Assembly (NCBI RefSeq): GCF_052425735.1
Contig: NC_135768.1
Location: forward strand, 17,236,001 to 17,300,000
Source of the DNA: Oculina patagonica
Taxonomy: Eukaryota
DNA: 64,000 nucleotides
Reading direction: 5' to 3'
The notes beneath the pieces are model-generated. The model had not been told where the DNA came from. It was given only the letters and a program-made list of their open reading frames with translations, and did no database searches. Position 1 is the stretch's first letter; every line of letters starts with the position of its first letter. Of the stretch, positions 25,786-36,180 are shown in pieces. The position numbers and the translations under genes are program-made.

Positions 25786-26709
25786 ATGCTAAACCATACA
25801 TTTTCGCTTTGGGATGAATCGGCAGATGGTGGAGATTTTGACAATTATAAAGAAACTGTAACCCGTGTTACTACTATCGTGATTGTCAACTGTGTCCTGA
25901 ATGTGCCACTGATGCTAATATCAATTTTTGGAAACGCAATGGTGTTAGCAGCGGTTGCCATAACGTCTTCGCTTCGTTCGCCGTCCTTAATTCTCCTGTG
26001 TGGTCTCGCTGTTTCAGACTTGGTTGTGGGTTTGGTGGTTCAGCCGATTTACATCGCCAAAGAGCTTACATCGGATATTATTCTGCTGGGAGTAACAAGA
26101 ACGATGGGATTTTCTTTCTGTGGGATTTCCTTCGCGACAATGGCAGCGATAAGTGTTGGTCGATTTTTGGCACTTCGATATCACATGACGTATAACATGT
26201 TTGTTACTACAAGGCGTGTTAAATTAATCTTGATAATAATTTGGGTTACTCATATCCTGTTGCTGTCTAGTTTTCAATTTTGGTATCGACTGGCAAATTT
26301 TTATATTAGTATTGTCTTAATATGCGTTTATATTATAGCTTCTACTATTTCTTACATCGGCATATATCGAATCGTTCGTCGCCATCAGTTGCAGATACTC
26401 GCTCAACAGCAAGCAGTGGTAGTGTCAACTGATGAAAATTCGTATAACCTTCTGTCATTAAGCCGAACTGCAGTAAACACTTTCGTATTTTACATCTGCA
26501 CAATTTTTTGTTATTTTCCATGGCTTATTTACAGGATTTTTTACAGTCATATCTATGTCACAAACTCGAACACAGCTTGGATATTTACAGCAACTTTGCT
26601 ATTTGCTAATTCTGCCATCAATCCCTTTTTATACTGCTGGCGTCTACGTGAACTTCGAGTAGCAGTTATTAAAACAGTAACAAAAATGTCATGCAAATGC
26701 ATCAACTGA
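25786..26709 (+). CDS. Intronless class A GPCR, subtype B copy 3 (DRF->GRF variant)
   Basis: Near-identical to B2; GAT->GGT at 26158-26160. Confidence 0.88.
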   Translation: MLNHTFSLWDESADGGDFDNYKETVTRVTTIVIVNCVLNVPLMLISIFGNAMVLAAVAITSSLRSPSLILLCGLAVSDLVVGLVVQPIYIAKELTSDIILLGVTRTMGFSFCGISFATMAAISVGRFLALRYHMTYNMFVTTRRVKLILIIIWVTHILLLSSFQFWYRLANFYISIVLICVYIIASTISYIGIYRIVRRHQLQILAQQQAVVVSTDENSYNLLSLSRTAVNTFVFYICTIFCYFPWLIYRIFYSHIYVTNSNTAWIFTATLLFANSAINPFLYCWRLRELRVAVIKTVTKMSCKCIN

Positions 26710-27831
26710 AATAGCAAAAGGATTGACTATTGACTACTCCTGAAGATACCTTATTTAGTCGACAACGTTCGCTTTTTCTCTATTAAAGTTTTAACCTTTT
26801 CGAATTTGTAAATAGTTCTTAAACCTCCAGCGAATATTATGAGCACAGAAAACGCCATTCACTATAAAATTTTGAAGACTGTGTGATGTTTTAGCGCTTG
26901 ATGAATAATGCATTATATATATTTTTGTCCCACATTAATGCAATATTGATTTTAAAATCTGAGAGCCTAAGGCATTTTATGAAGTTGAAAATGATAAGTG
27001 TAAAATTTCTCCTGTTTAATGAAAACCACGCAATATTACACTGGCAGATCTATTCAGTGTTTCTATTTATTTTAAACAGCATTTGCTTGACAGCTACGGC
27101 ATTAACTTCCATCGACTCGGAGTTTTACATTTTAAAAATATTAAAAAGGTGATGATTTACTATGGTCTGATTGCTTTTGTGAACATATTTATTTACATAG
27201 ATGTTCACGCAGGGTGCTTGTGCATATGATTTTAACTTGTATGTTTTCACTAGCTTTTGTTTCTTCAATGAAACAAAGGTAAAGGATCTTACAAGAAGAT
27301 GATCAAAATATCGGTGAATTCTACTGTTACAATAAGAGAACATTTAGAGATACAATTAAAAATTAAAACCACGACGTTTCAAAGACATCTTGACTCCATT
27401 ATCAAGTTAAAATGACGGTTTTAGTTACGAATTTAATATATCGCCCTTCTAAATACAAAACTACAACCGTCATTTTTACTTGAAAAGTAAAACTAGAAGT
27501 GAAGATGGCTTCGAAACGTCGAAGTCTTATTTCGCTTATTTTCATTAGTAATTCTACTGTTGTCATAACAAATCTTTGGAGTAAAGGCTTTTAAGAACTT
27601 CAATGGTAGATTAATAAAAAATCAGCTTGAGTACCTACACATAATTAGCATAAAGCTAAGTACGTGTTTGCAAGTTTACAAAAGCTAAAATGACTTGGAA
27701 AATATTAGGAAGTCGGAAAAACGATATTGATGGGAGGTCTATGAATGGATGGTCTTTTCTTAATAAAAAAGGGACGAGAAAGCATGTTAATGCATTGGAT
27801 AGAGCATTGAAACCAATCGCAAAACAAAGAT

Positions 27832-29005
27832 TTTTTAAATTTGACACAACTCTTCGGTCTCACTTAGGGCCTGTCTATATGGAGGAGAGTTGTCCCTGGT
27901 AGGAGGGTTACCCTCTCCCCCGAGCCATCTTTTGCCGAGCGTTTAGATGAGAAAGTTGTCCCTGTTGACCGAGCCAAAACTTGGCCCTCTCGGTTCAAAA
28001 GACTGGCGAGAGTTGTTTTGAAACATCTATTATGGCTGCTTTTTCTAAAATCAGGAACGCTGAATCGTCGACCAAGACCATTTTTTGGACTAATTTACCG
28101 CCGACTTCGTTTCAATTTATCTGCACTTTTGTTTTTGCTGATTTTAGCGTTTGCGCATGCTCCGTATGTGTCAACTTGTCCCTGGTAGGCGAGGCAAAAC
28201 TAACCAAACTGTTTATATGGAAAAAAGTTGGCTCGCTCCCCAGGGTCACCCTCCCTTCAAAGCGAGTGACCCTCCACCCAGGGTCACCCTGCCCCCCGAG
28301 TCAACTTTGCAATTTCTCATATAAACGGTTCGCAGCTATTTATAAAGAAACGTATGAAAAGCTCTCTCGCCCGGGGTGGCTCGGCATGGAGGGTAACCCT
28401 CCTACCAGGGACAACTCTCCTCCATATAAACAGGCCCTTAGTGCGACCGAAAGACTCCCTAGAACCAGGTAAAAAAGACGGTGTCGTTTACAAATTTCCA
28501 TGTGAACGCGGCAAAGTATATATAGGAGAAACAGGGAGAGCGATGCAAGACAGGATAAAAGAACACGACAGAGACATACGGCTTGCTCATACACAAACCT
28601 CCGCAGTTTCGGAGCATGCAAACGAAACGGGTCATTTTCCTTTATGGAATAAAGTCAAGTTTATCGATCGTGACCATCACCGATACACACGCAGGGTCAA
28701 AGAGGGTTTCCAAATAAGACTTCATCCAAATAACATCAACAGAGACAGCGGAATTGAAATTCCTGAAGCATGGATATCTACGATGAGAAAACACAACAGC
28801 CGTTCAACTACAAAGCGGACCTCTGAGAAAACATTGGTCGGAATAATAATGAGGGTCGAAATGCACCAATAGCAGCGAACCAACGTGCATAAATAGCGAC
28901 GAGTAAACAATCGACCTCATCGCCTGATATAAGACTAGCAGTATTGCAGTCGAAACGTCGCGATCAACATCTCAAAGCGATTCTATCGTGAGACAAACGA
29001 ACAAA
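27832..29005 (+). mobile_element. 5'-truncated Penelope-like retroelement (GIY-YIG endonuclease end plus pLTR), split by a MITE
   Basis: FDTTLRSHL|VRPKD...GVVYKFPCERGKVYIGETGR...RIKEH...SAVSEH...H...NRDSG; 3' end carries a hammerhead-like CCTGATATAAGACT..AGTCGAAACGTCG. Confidence 0.85.
27867..28437. mobile_element. PIF/Harbinger-type MITE inserted in the Penelope fragment
   Basis: ~48-bp TIR GGGCCTGT.TATATGGAGGAGAGTTGTCCCTGGTAGGAGGGTTACCCTC; TTA duplicated at 27864-27866 and 28438-28440. Confidence 0.88.
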
Positions 29006-30329
29006 CGGTCATTCCTAATTATTATTTTATTTCTCACTTTTTGGAACTATCCATAAGTTAAATGAAAAACAACTCTAACGTACGTAGAATAATTTAAGGG
29101 AACCAAGCTGTCACCAAAGTGTCACAAGACTACTTGGTTGGGTACTGATTAAGGTTAAAATATTATTTAATAATATTTTAAAAATTACTAAATTATTGAA
29201 TAGGCATGAAAGATCGCCGTTATGCCTGCAGTGAAGTTTCCTACCAGTTGGCGGGACAACAAAAACGCTTAGTTAATTATAGGTGCATAACGCAAATAAA
29301 CCGTTGTGACGCCTTGCTAAATTTATGCGCCTGCCTGTCTGCAAGGGCAACCGCAGCGAAAGTCACATTTTGCTGCCGATTTTCACTTCCATCGGCAACA
29401 AAATACACTATCTTCTTGTTGTCGAGACATGAACTTTATCTTCAACAATCGGTGCTGGACATATAATTCACATATAAAACAGAAATTCTGGTTACGATGT
29501 AAATGGAAGACAACTTTTTGGTTTATTCCGTTCCGAATAGAAATTCTCGTAGCATCATTTCCACTTCTCAGTCCGCATTTCTCCTGTTTTCAAATTGAAT
29601 ACATGTTTCCTAAACGGAAGTTCCCAACCGAATTTCTTTATTTTTTTGCAAATGGTAAACAACCAAGTATTACCTACTTGAGTATTTTCCTTGTTCGCTT
29701 CGCCTATCTACTGAAAAACACATAATTGACCAAAAATGATTATGTCTTCAGTCAATCTTCTCAATGCTGCAAAATAAAGGTTACGTTTAACACGATGTTT
29801 TAGTTGAAAAGATAAAAAAATGTCTCGAATTTGGTTAAAACTCGAAAACAAAATTAGCAATCGAAAATAAATGTCAATGTTTATTTTCATACGTATTTTA
29901 TCCCGTGAGGCGTATCACGTCGAGAGCGTAACAATATCCCCGATATCTTTTAGGTAAATAACTACTTAAGGAGTATTCACGAGGCACTCGCGAGAGACGC
30001 AAACACAACTGCTATATTTTAGCCTACTGCTGGAAGGCTTATACATTAAAAAGGTTAAGTTCTTCCTTAAAAGTTTCTTGCTTGTTGAAAGCACTCTTCT
30101 AACATAATAAAAAGCTATAATTACATGTGAAAGGGAAACTAGAGACAATGATGAGCTAATTTAAAACCCACGCAATTTTGCATTTGACATGAAACTGCCA
30201 ATCGTTGAAAAGCAGCTGTTTCGAACCTGTTTACTAAAAGCTGTGCAAATTAAAAGCTATTTCTACAAATGCGTGAATACAAATTGATACTATGTAAAAC
30301 GGATGCAGAGACTGTGTTAACGGAATATC

Positions 30330-31138
30330 ATGGCTAATGCAACATATTTATTAAGTTCTGCTTCGCAAAACTATACGACGACTAATTCTTCAACCTGTCA
30401 AACTCTTCAACCTTTTCTGGATATAGAAGCCAGAAAGGATTTACCACAGTTTTACATAATATCTTCAATTTCGGCCTGTGTTGTTGTCTTTATAATGTGC
30501 TTCACAACGCTGCTTTTTAATATGGTTGTCATTTTAGCAATATGGAGGACACCCTTGCTTCATCAACCAAGAAATGTTCTCCTCTGTTCCCTGGCAGTTT
30601 CCGACTTTTTCGTTGGTTTAACAACCCAGCCTTCCTTTCTAGCAGCAGAAATTTCACTTCTTCTTGGAAACATGGAACTGTACTGCTTGGCAGTGTTTAT
30701 TCATTTTTACACTAGTTGGATGTTCAATGGGGTTTCATTCCTAACGCTGTCAGCCATTAGCTTTGAGCGATATCTCGCCCTGCGTTTTCACCTTCGATGT
30801 GCCGAGTTAATAACAAACACCCGCGTGTTCATTACGGTGATTATTTACTGGTCGATATGGGTTACGTGGATAACGCTTCTGTGGTTTTGGGCGACAAGCA
30901 AACTTCTGACCCACATACTTATTGCCCTTTGCATTTTGATAACAGCAATTGACGCCTGGTGTTATTTTATAATTTACAAAACTGTCAAAAGGCACAACAA
31001 ACAGATTCAGGACTCACAACAACAAACCCATCAAAGCATGGTCCGATATCGACGCACAACAAATACAATGATTATTCTTATTAGCGCTTTTCTCCTAAGC
31101 TACTTCCCCTTTATCGTCACTACAGCAATAAGCGCTTC
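30330..31138 (+). pseudogene. GPCR subtype C copy 3, 5' part (TM1-TM6), interrupted by a 17.4-kb nested insertion
   Basis: Collinear with C1/C2/C4 up to TAISAS; resumes at 48505 after the CTTC duplication. Confidence 0.92.
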
Positions 31139-31862
31139 TGTTACGGAGAATTTCCCGTATTTAAGTCATTTCTATGTTAAACCGTATTTAGCACGTTATT
31201 CATTTAAAAACACATAAAAGCCAACAGTACCTAATTAGCCAAAAATAACCTGTTGATCTATTATTTTGGTCGTTTAATATAAAAAGGCGTGAGTTAAAAT
31301 AATTGATTGTTCCTTTTTAGTTCCGAAGTTTTTGTGTTATTTATTTTTAGTAATAGCGGTTGTTTTGGTTATTACCGTAGCTAATTACTTAAGAGTTCCG
31401 CGCTTGTCGCATTTCTAAAAAGTGTTACATTTTCTCAGTATTTAATTTAGTTTTCTGATTACTTTACTAAATGAGTCTCGTGCCGATCTCGCCTCTGCTA
31501 TTCACTTGAATAGGAGTAATTAACAACCTGTTGGTCGCTGACTCATCGTGTTTTAACTGTGAATGCATTTGCTGACACATCTAGTTTCTTTAATTAATGT
31601 TTGGTTACTTAATTTACTAGAGGTGAGATCGGTCGGCAAGAAACCGCTCGTTAACACTTTCTAGCTATTCACTAGTTTTAATTTCGTTCGGTAGTTTTAA
31701 TTTAGTGTTATTTTAGTTGTAACTTCCTCCGCCAAGCAACGAACACTTTTGACAATAAACTCGGAAAGTTAAGTTAGAATTTTTATTAGGTTGCGCTATT
31801 CTCAAAGGACTTTATATTACTTTTCACATCTTGGTGTTAGCGCATTTATTATACTCTGTTAA

Positions 31863-32075
31863 ACACACATATACAGGAGTGGTTTTGGCACAAATCGAGA
31901 CAACTCGCTCGGCTCGCCCGGGCTCGCCTCGCTCCTTGTCTCGATTAGTGACCAAAACCACTCCTGTATATGTGTGTACAAAAATAGCGAGCGGCAAACA
32001 AAAATCTCTGCGGCTTGAGCGCTCAAAAATATCAAGCTGAATTGCTGTGCCAGAATTAATTCCTATTGAACAAAT
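31863..32075 (+). repeat. Left terminal inverted repeat (213 bp), starting with a 115-nt hairpin (31863-31977)
   Basis: Reverse complement of 47927-48139; arm ACACACATATACAGGAGTGGTTTTGG-CACAAATCGAGACAA pairs with TTGTCTCGATTAGTG-A-CCAAAACCACTCCTGTATATGTGTGT. Confidence 0.95.
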
Positions 32076-32100
32076 ATTTTTTCTTAGTATATAAGACAAG

Positions 32101-35100
32101 ATGTCTGCTGCAAGTTATTCGCAAGAAGTTTTGCAACAACTCTTGAAGGAAATTCGTGAATTTGAAAGAAAAACTCAAAGAAACGAAACTTTTTTACTGG
32201 CCCAATCCGATTTTAACGAATGGCTACGCGTGTGGAAAATGACCATACCAGAGGGTGGCCGTGCCAGCAAAGACCTTTTTGTATTTCAAAAGAAAACAAA
32301 AGGAAAGTTTATTGATTTGGTAGAGAATGAAATAAGAGATTTGAAAAGCGTAAAAGTAAGTTTTGAGATGAAAATAAAATTTACAAAAGAAAATTTTGAG
32401 ACTGGTTTAACACAAGAGATGGAGCATTATTTTAAAGAAAAAGAACCGCACGTTTTTAACGAACATAATAAACAACAGATAAAACAAGAGTTCGATAGAT
32501 TTATTGAAACAGCAAAGGGCCAAATTGAGGCTTGGTCAGAGCGGGGCTCAGGGTGGGTTCTTGAAAGAATAATGGCAGCGTACTTGAATGTTGCACGCTA
32601 TCAGCCATTGAAAGGAGGAACTTACTTACCCCTCCCAGCCAATTTGGCAAACAAGAAAGCAATCATTAACGTGCGAAACAGGGATAACGAATGTTTGAAG
32701 TGGGCTCTAAGAGCTGCTTTATTCCCACCAAGAGACGGAAAAAACTTGCAAAGAACAAGCAAATATCCGGTTAACGACGGAATTAACTATGAAGGAATTG
32801 TCTTTCCAACGCCTGTAAAACAGATTGACAAGCTTGAGGCACAAAACATAAACCTCGCAATAAATGTGTTCGGCTGGGAAGACAATCGTGTGATTGTGCA
32901 CAGAATAAGCAAAAAAGAAAAAACAATTCCTCGTATAAACTTTATTTTAATTGAGTCTGAAGAAATTCAGCACTATTGTTATGTAAAAAGAGTAAGCGCT
33001 TTACTTTTTGATCAGAGCAAAAGGTGTTGTAAAAAACACTTTTGCATGATGTGCTTGACCGGTTTTTCAAGAGCGGACTTGCTCGAGAACCACGAAAAAT
33101 ATTGCAATGGCATGAACGGCAGGCCGACAAGGATCGAGATGCCGGAAGATGGGGAAAACACCCTTTTTTTCCAAAATCATAACAAACAGATGAGGGCGCC
33201 ATACGTGATATATGCCGACTTTGAGGCATTGATAAGAAAGATTGAAGGCCGCGAGCGTGGCCCAGAAAGCAAACAAAAAAGCTACACAGAAAAGACAGAA
33301 AAGCATGAGGCATGTGGTTTTGCTTACACAGTTGTAAGGAGTGATGGCAGAAACAAACGACCAGTGGTTTACAGAGGTGAAAATGCTGTTGAAGTGTTTT
33401 TGAACTGTCTTCAAGAGGAAGAGAAAACAATAAGAAATAGTTTGTCATTGCCAAAACCTCTTGTGATGACTTCAGAAGATTGGGTAAAATTTAAAAATGC
33501 AACTGATTGCCATATTTGTGAAAAAAGTTTGATAAAAGATTACTTTTTAGACTCACTGCCAGTTTGGGAAATCGAACAAGAATATGCAGAACCTGAATAT
33601 TGCGGCCAATCTCATAAAAAATGTTTCTACACAGAAAAGAAAAAACATTTTTATTGTGAATACGAACAAAAATATTACAATTTTTTCTTAAAAAGGTTAA
33701 CAGAAGAAGAAGACAAAGAAGATGCACAAAAACAGGAAAACTGCTTCTTTTGTGGCAAACCTTTACTTCAGAAAAACTTCAGAGATGTTGTAAAGGATCA
33801 TTGCCACATCACAGGCAAGTACCGCGGAGCCGCGCACAACGCATGCAACCTGAAAATGCGAATAAAACCAAAAACGGACCAAATACCAGTTGTATTTCAC
33901 AACCTGAGGGGCTATGATGCACACCATTTAATGCAAGCGATGTCGAAGCTGTCGCAAGCGACACAGAAAGAGGTGAAATGCGTCGCCAACAACATGGAGA
34001 AATACATTACATTTTCATTTGGTGGTCTGCGTTTTATTGACAGCTTAAACTTTCTACAAGGAAGCCTCGATTCACTTGTAAGCGCAACACCGAAGGAGTC
34101 ATTGAAAATAACAAAAGTCATATCAAAAATAAACAGTGAAAAAAATGCAGAATTTGGGAAAAAATCAGAAAATCATAAAAAAGCAGAAATAGAAAAAAAT
34201 GCAGAACTTCTTTACAAAAAGGGGGTTTATCCATACGAGTACATGGACTCATGGGAAAGATTTGAAGAAACAAGTTTGCCAGACAAAAAAAAGTTTTACA
34301 GTAAGCTAAACGATGAACACATTACTGACGAAGAATACGAGCATGCAAAAAGTGTGTGGAAAACTTTTGGATGCGAAACTCTTGGAGATTACCACGATTT
34401 GTACGTTAAAACTGACGTAACTCTTTTGGCTGATGTTTTTGAGAACTTTCGAAACATATGCCAAGAAAAGTATGGCCTCGATCCAGCTCACTATTTTACA
34501 TCGCCTGGCCTTTCTTGGGACGCACTCTTGAAAAAGACAGGCGTGCAGCTTGAGCTCCTTACAGACTCAGAAATACATCTCTTTGTCGAAAGGGGAATAA
34601 GAGGAGGTATTTCCATGGTAAGCAAGAGATATGCCAAGGCAAACAATCATTATGTTGAAGGCTACGATCCAAGCAAGCCAAAAAAATACATAATGTACCT
34701 CGATGCAAACAACCTTTATGGGTGGGCAATGAGCAAGCCACTGCCAAAAAGTGCTTTTAGATGGAAAAGAGTTATGCCGAATGAAAAAGAAATAATGAGA
34801 AAAAAAGAGTTTGCAAAAACCGGCTGGATATTGGAGGTAGACCTCGAATACCCTGCAGAACTGCATGAAGAGCACAACAGTTACCCTTTAGCTCCTGAGA
34901 AAAAGAAAATAGATAAAGACTTATTTTCTCCTTACCAAAAAAAATTAATAAATGACCTTGATATGGATCCACCTGACAGTGAAAAGCTCGTGTTGACTCT
35001 TGAGGACAAAAGTAATTACGTTGTACATTATCGAAACTTGCAGTTTTATCTGAAACAGGGAATGAAACTAAAACATGTACACAGGGTGTTAGAGTTCGAA

Positions 35101-36171
35101 CAGGAATGTTGGATGGAGCCGTACATCCGGATGAACACAGAATTCAGGAAAAAAGCGAAAAACGACTTTGAAAAGAACTTTTACAAGCTCATGAATAACT
35201 CAGTTTTCGGAAAAACAATGGAAAACCTGCGTAACCGTGTTGACATAAAAATAGTGCGAAGCAATGAAACAAACAAAATAAGAAAAATGGTTGCCAGCCC
35301 ATTGTACTCAAGGCATGTAATGTTTTCAAACGACCTGGTCGGGATTGACATGCGCAAAAGCAAACTGTTTCTTAATAAGCCTGTCTATACAGGGATGACT
35401 ATCCTTGACAACAGCAAGATACTCATGTACGATTTTTATTACAACCATCTGAAAAAGGTATACGGACAACGATGCGAGCTATTGTATACAGACACAGACA
35501 GCCTTTTGCTCGAGATCGAAACAGAAGATATTTACACAGACATCGAATGTAACAAAACTCTGTATGATACAAGCGACTACCGAAAAGAGCATCCACTCCA
35601 TTCATACGAAAACAAAAAGGTCTTGGGGAAAATGAAAGACGAATGCGCAGGAAACCCAATAAAAGAGTGTGTTTGTCTTAGACCGAAAATGTACTCGATA
35701 ATGACTGATGTAGAAAGTGAAAAGGTTTTGAACAAAATAAACAACAAATTTCCCGAAACATACATATCAGAGTGTGATTGTACGGGACAAAAAATATACT
35801 CGATAATGACTGATGTAAAAAGTGAAAAAAAGTTTTTGGACAAAATAAACGACAAATTTACCGAAACCTTTATATCAGATTGCTTTTGTACGGGACAGAA
35901 AAAGTCAACGATAAAGGTGGACGAAAAAAAAATAAAAAAAGCGAAGGGTGTAAAAAAGTGTGTTGTCAAGAAGCAAATAATGCATGAACAGTATAAGGAA
36001 GCGCTTAAAGGACCAAAGCAGCTGTGGCATGGAATGAACATACTTAGAAGCGAGGGTCATGAGATTTACGGAATGCATCTCAACAAGGTCTCGCTGTCGC
36101 CTTTTGACTCAAAGCGATGGATAGCGGATGATGGGATACATACAAATGCTTACGGATATAAGCCGACATAA
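32101..36171 (+). CDS. polB: Protein-primed family B DNA polymerase with putative N-terminal terminal-protein and OTU-like domains and an endonuclease VII-like insert
   Basis: Exo I YADFE, Exo II FHNLRGYD, Exo III YVKTDV; Pol motifs YLDANNLYG, KLMNNSVFGK, YTDTDS; KDHCHITGKYRGAAHNACN (EndoVII-like); DNEC...HYCY (OTU-like). Confidence 0.96.
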   Translation: MSAASYSQEVLQQLLKEIREFERKTQRNETFLLAQSDFNEWLRVWKMTIPEGGRASKDLFVFQKKTKGKFIDLVENEIRDLKSVKVSFEMKIKFTKENFETGLTQEMEHYFKEKEPHVFNEHNKQQIKQEFDRFIETAKGQIEAWSERGSGWVLERIMAAYLNVARYQPLKGGTYLPLPANLANKKAIINVRNRDNECLKWALRAALFPPRDGKNLQRTSKYPVNDGINYEGIVFPTPVKQIDKLEAQNINLAINVFGWEDNRVIVHRISKKEKTIPRINFILIESEEIQHYCYVKRVSALLFDQSKRCCKKHFCMMCLTGFSRADLLENHEKYCNGMNGRPTRIEMPEDGENTLFFQNHNKQMRAPYVIYADFEALIRKIEGRERGPESKQKSYTEKTEKHEACGFAYTVVRSDGRNKRPVVYRGENAVEVFLNCLQEEEKTIRNSLSLPKPLVMTSEDWVKFKNATDCHICEKSLIKDYFLDSLPVWEIEQEYAEPEYCGQSHKKCFYTEKKKHFYCEYEQKYYNFFLKRLTEEEDKEDAQKQENCFFCGKPLLQKNFRDVVKDHCHITGKYRGAAHNACNLKMRIKPKTDQIPVVFHNLRGYDAHHLMQAMSKLSQATQKEVKCVANNMEKYITFSFGGLRFIDSLNFLQGSLDSLVSATPKESLKITKVISKINSEKNAEFGKKSENHKKAEIEKNAELLYKKGVYPYEYMDSWERFEETSLPDKKKFYSKLNDEHITDEEYEHAKSVWKTFGCETLGDYHDLYVKTDVTLLADVFENFRNICQEKYGLDPAHYFTSPGLSWDALLKKTGVQLELLTDSEIHLFVERGIRGGISMVSKRYAKANNHYVEGYDPSKPKKYIMYLDANNLYGWAMSKPLPKSAFRWKRVMPNEKEIMRKKEFAKTGWILEVDLEYPAELHEEHNSYPLAPEKKKIDKDLFSPYQKKLINDLDMDPPDSEKLVLTLEDKSNYVVHYRNLQFYLKQGMKLKHVHRVLEFEQECWMEPYIRMNTEFRKKAKNDFEKNFYKLMNNSVFGKTMENLRNRVDIKIVRSNETNKIRKMVASPLYSRHVMFSNDLVGIDMRKSKLFLNKPVYTGMTILDNSKILMYDFYYNHLKKVYGQRCELLYTDTDSLLLEIETEDIYTDIECNKTLYDTSDYRKEHPLHSYENKKVLGKMKDECAGNPIKECVCLRPKMYSIMTDVESEKVLNKINNKFPETYISECDCTGQKIYSIMTDVKSEKKFLDKINDKFTETFISDCFCTGQKKSTIKVDEKKIKKAKGVKKCVVKKQIMHEQYKEALKGPKQLWHGMNILRSEGHEIYGMHLNKVSLSPFDSKRWIADDGIHTNAYGYKPT

Positions 36172-36180
36172 ACAGAACGT

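Larger units (their letters stand above)
21385..27550 (+). repeat. Near-identical tandem segmental duplicate of ~10091-16250
   Basis: Constant offset of 11,294-11,300 bp; identical A2/A3 proteins and duplicated spurious ORFs in the ORF track. Confidence 0.9.

Noticed and set aside
27981-28472. 163-aa ORF and other short intergenic or antisense ORFs
   Set aside because: They lie within MITEs or antisense to real genes and show no protein motifs.
31824-32099. ORFs across the left TIR and their twins at 47837-48226
   Set aside because: Products of the palindromic GC-rich TIR; useful only as evidence of TIR identity.
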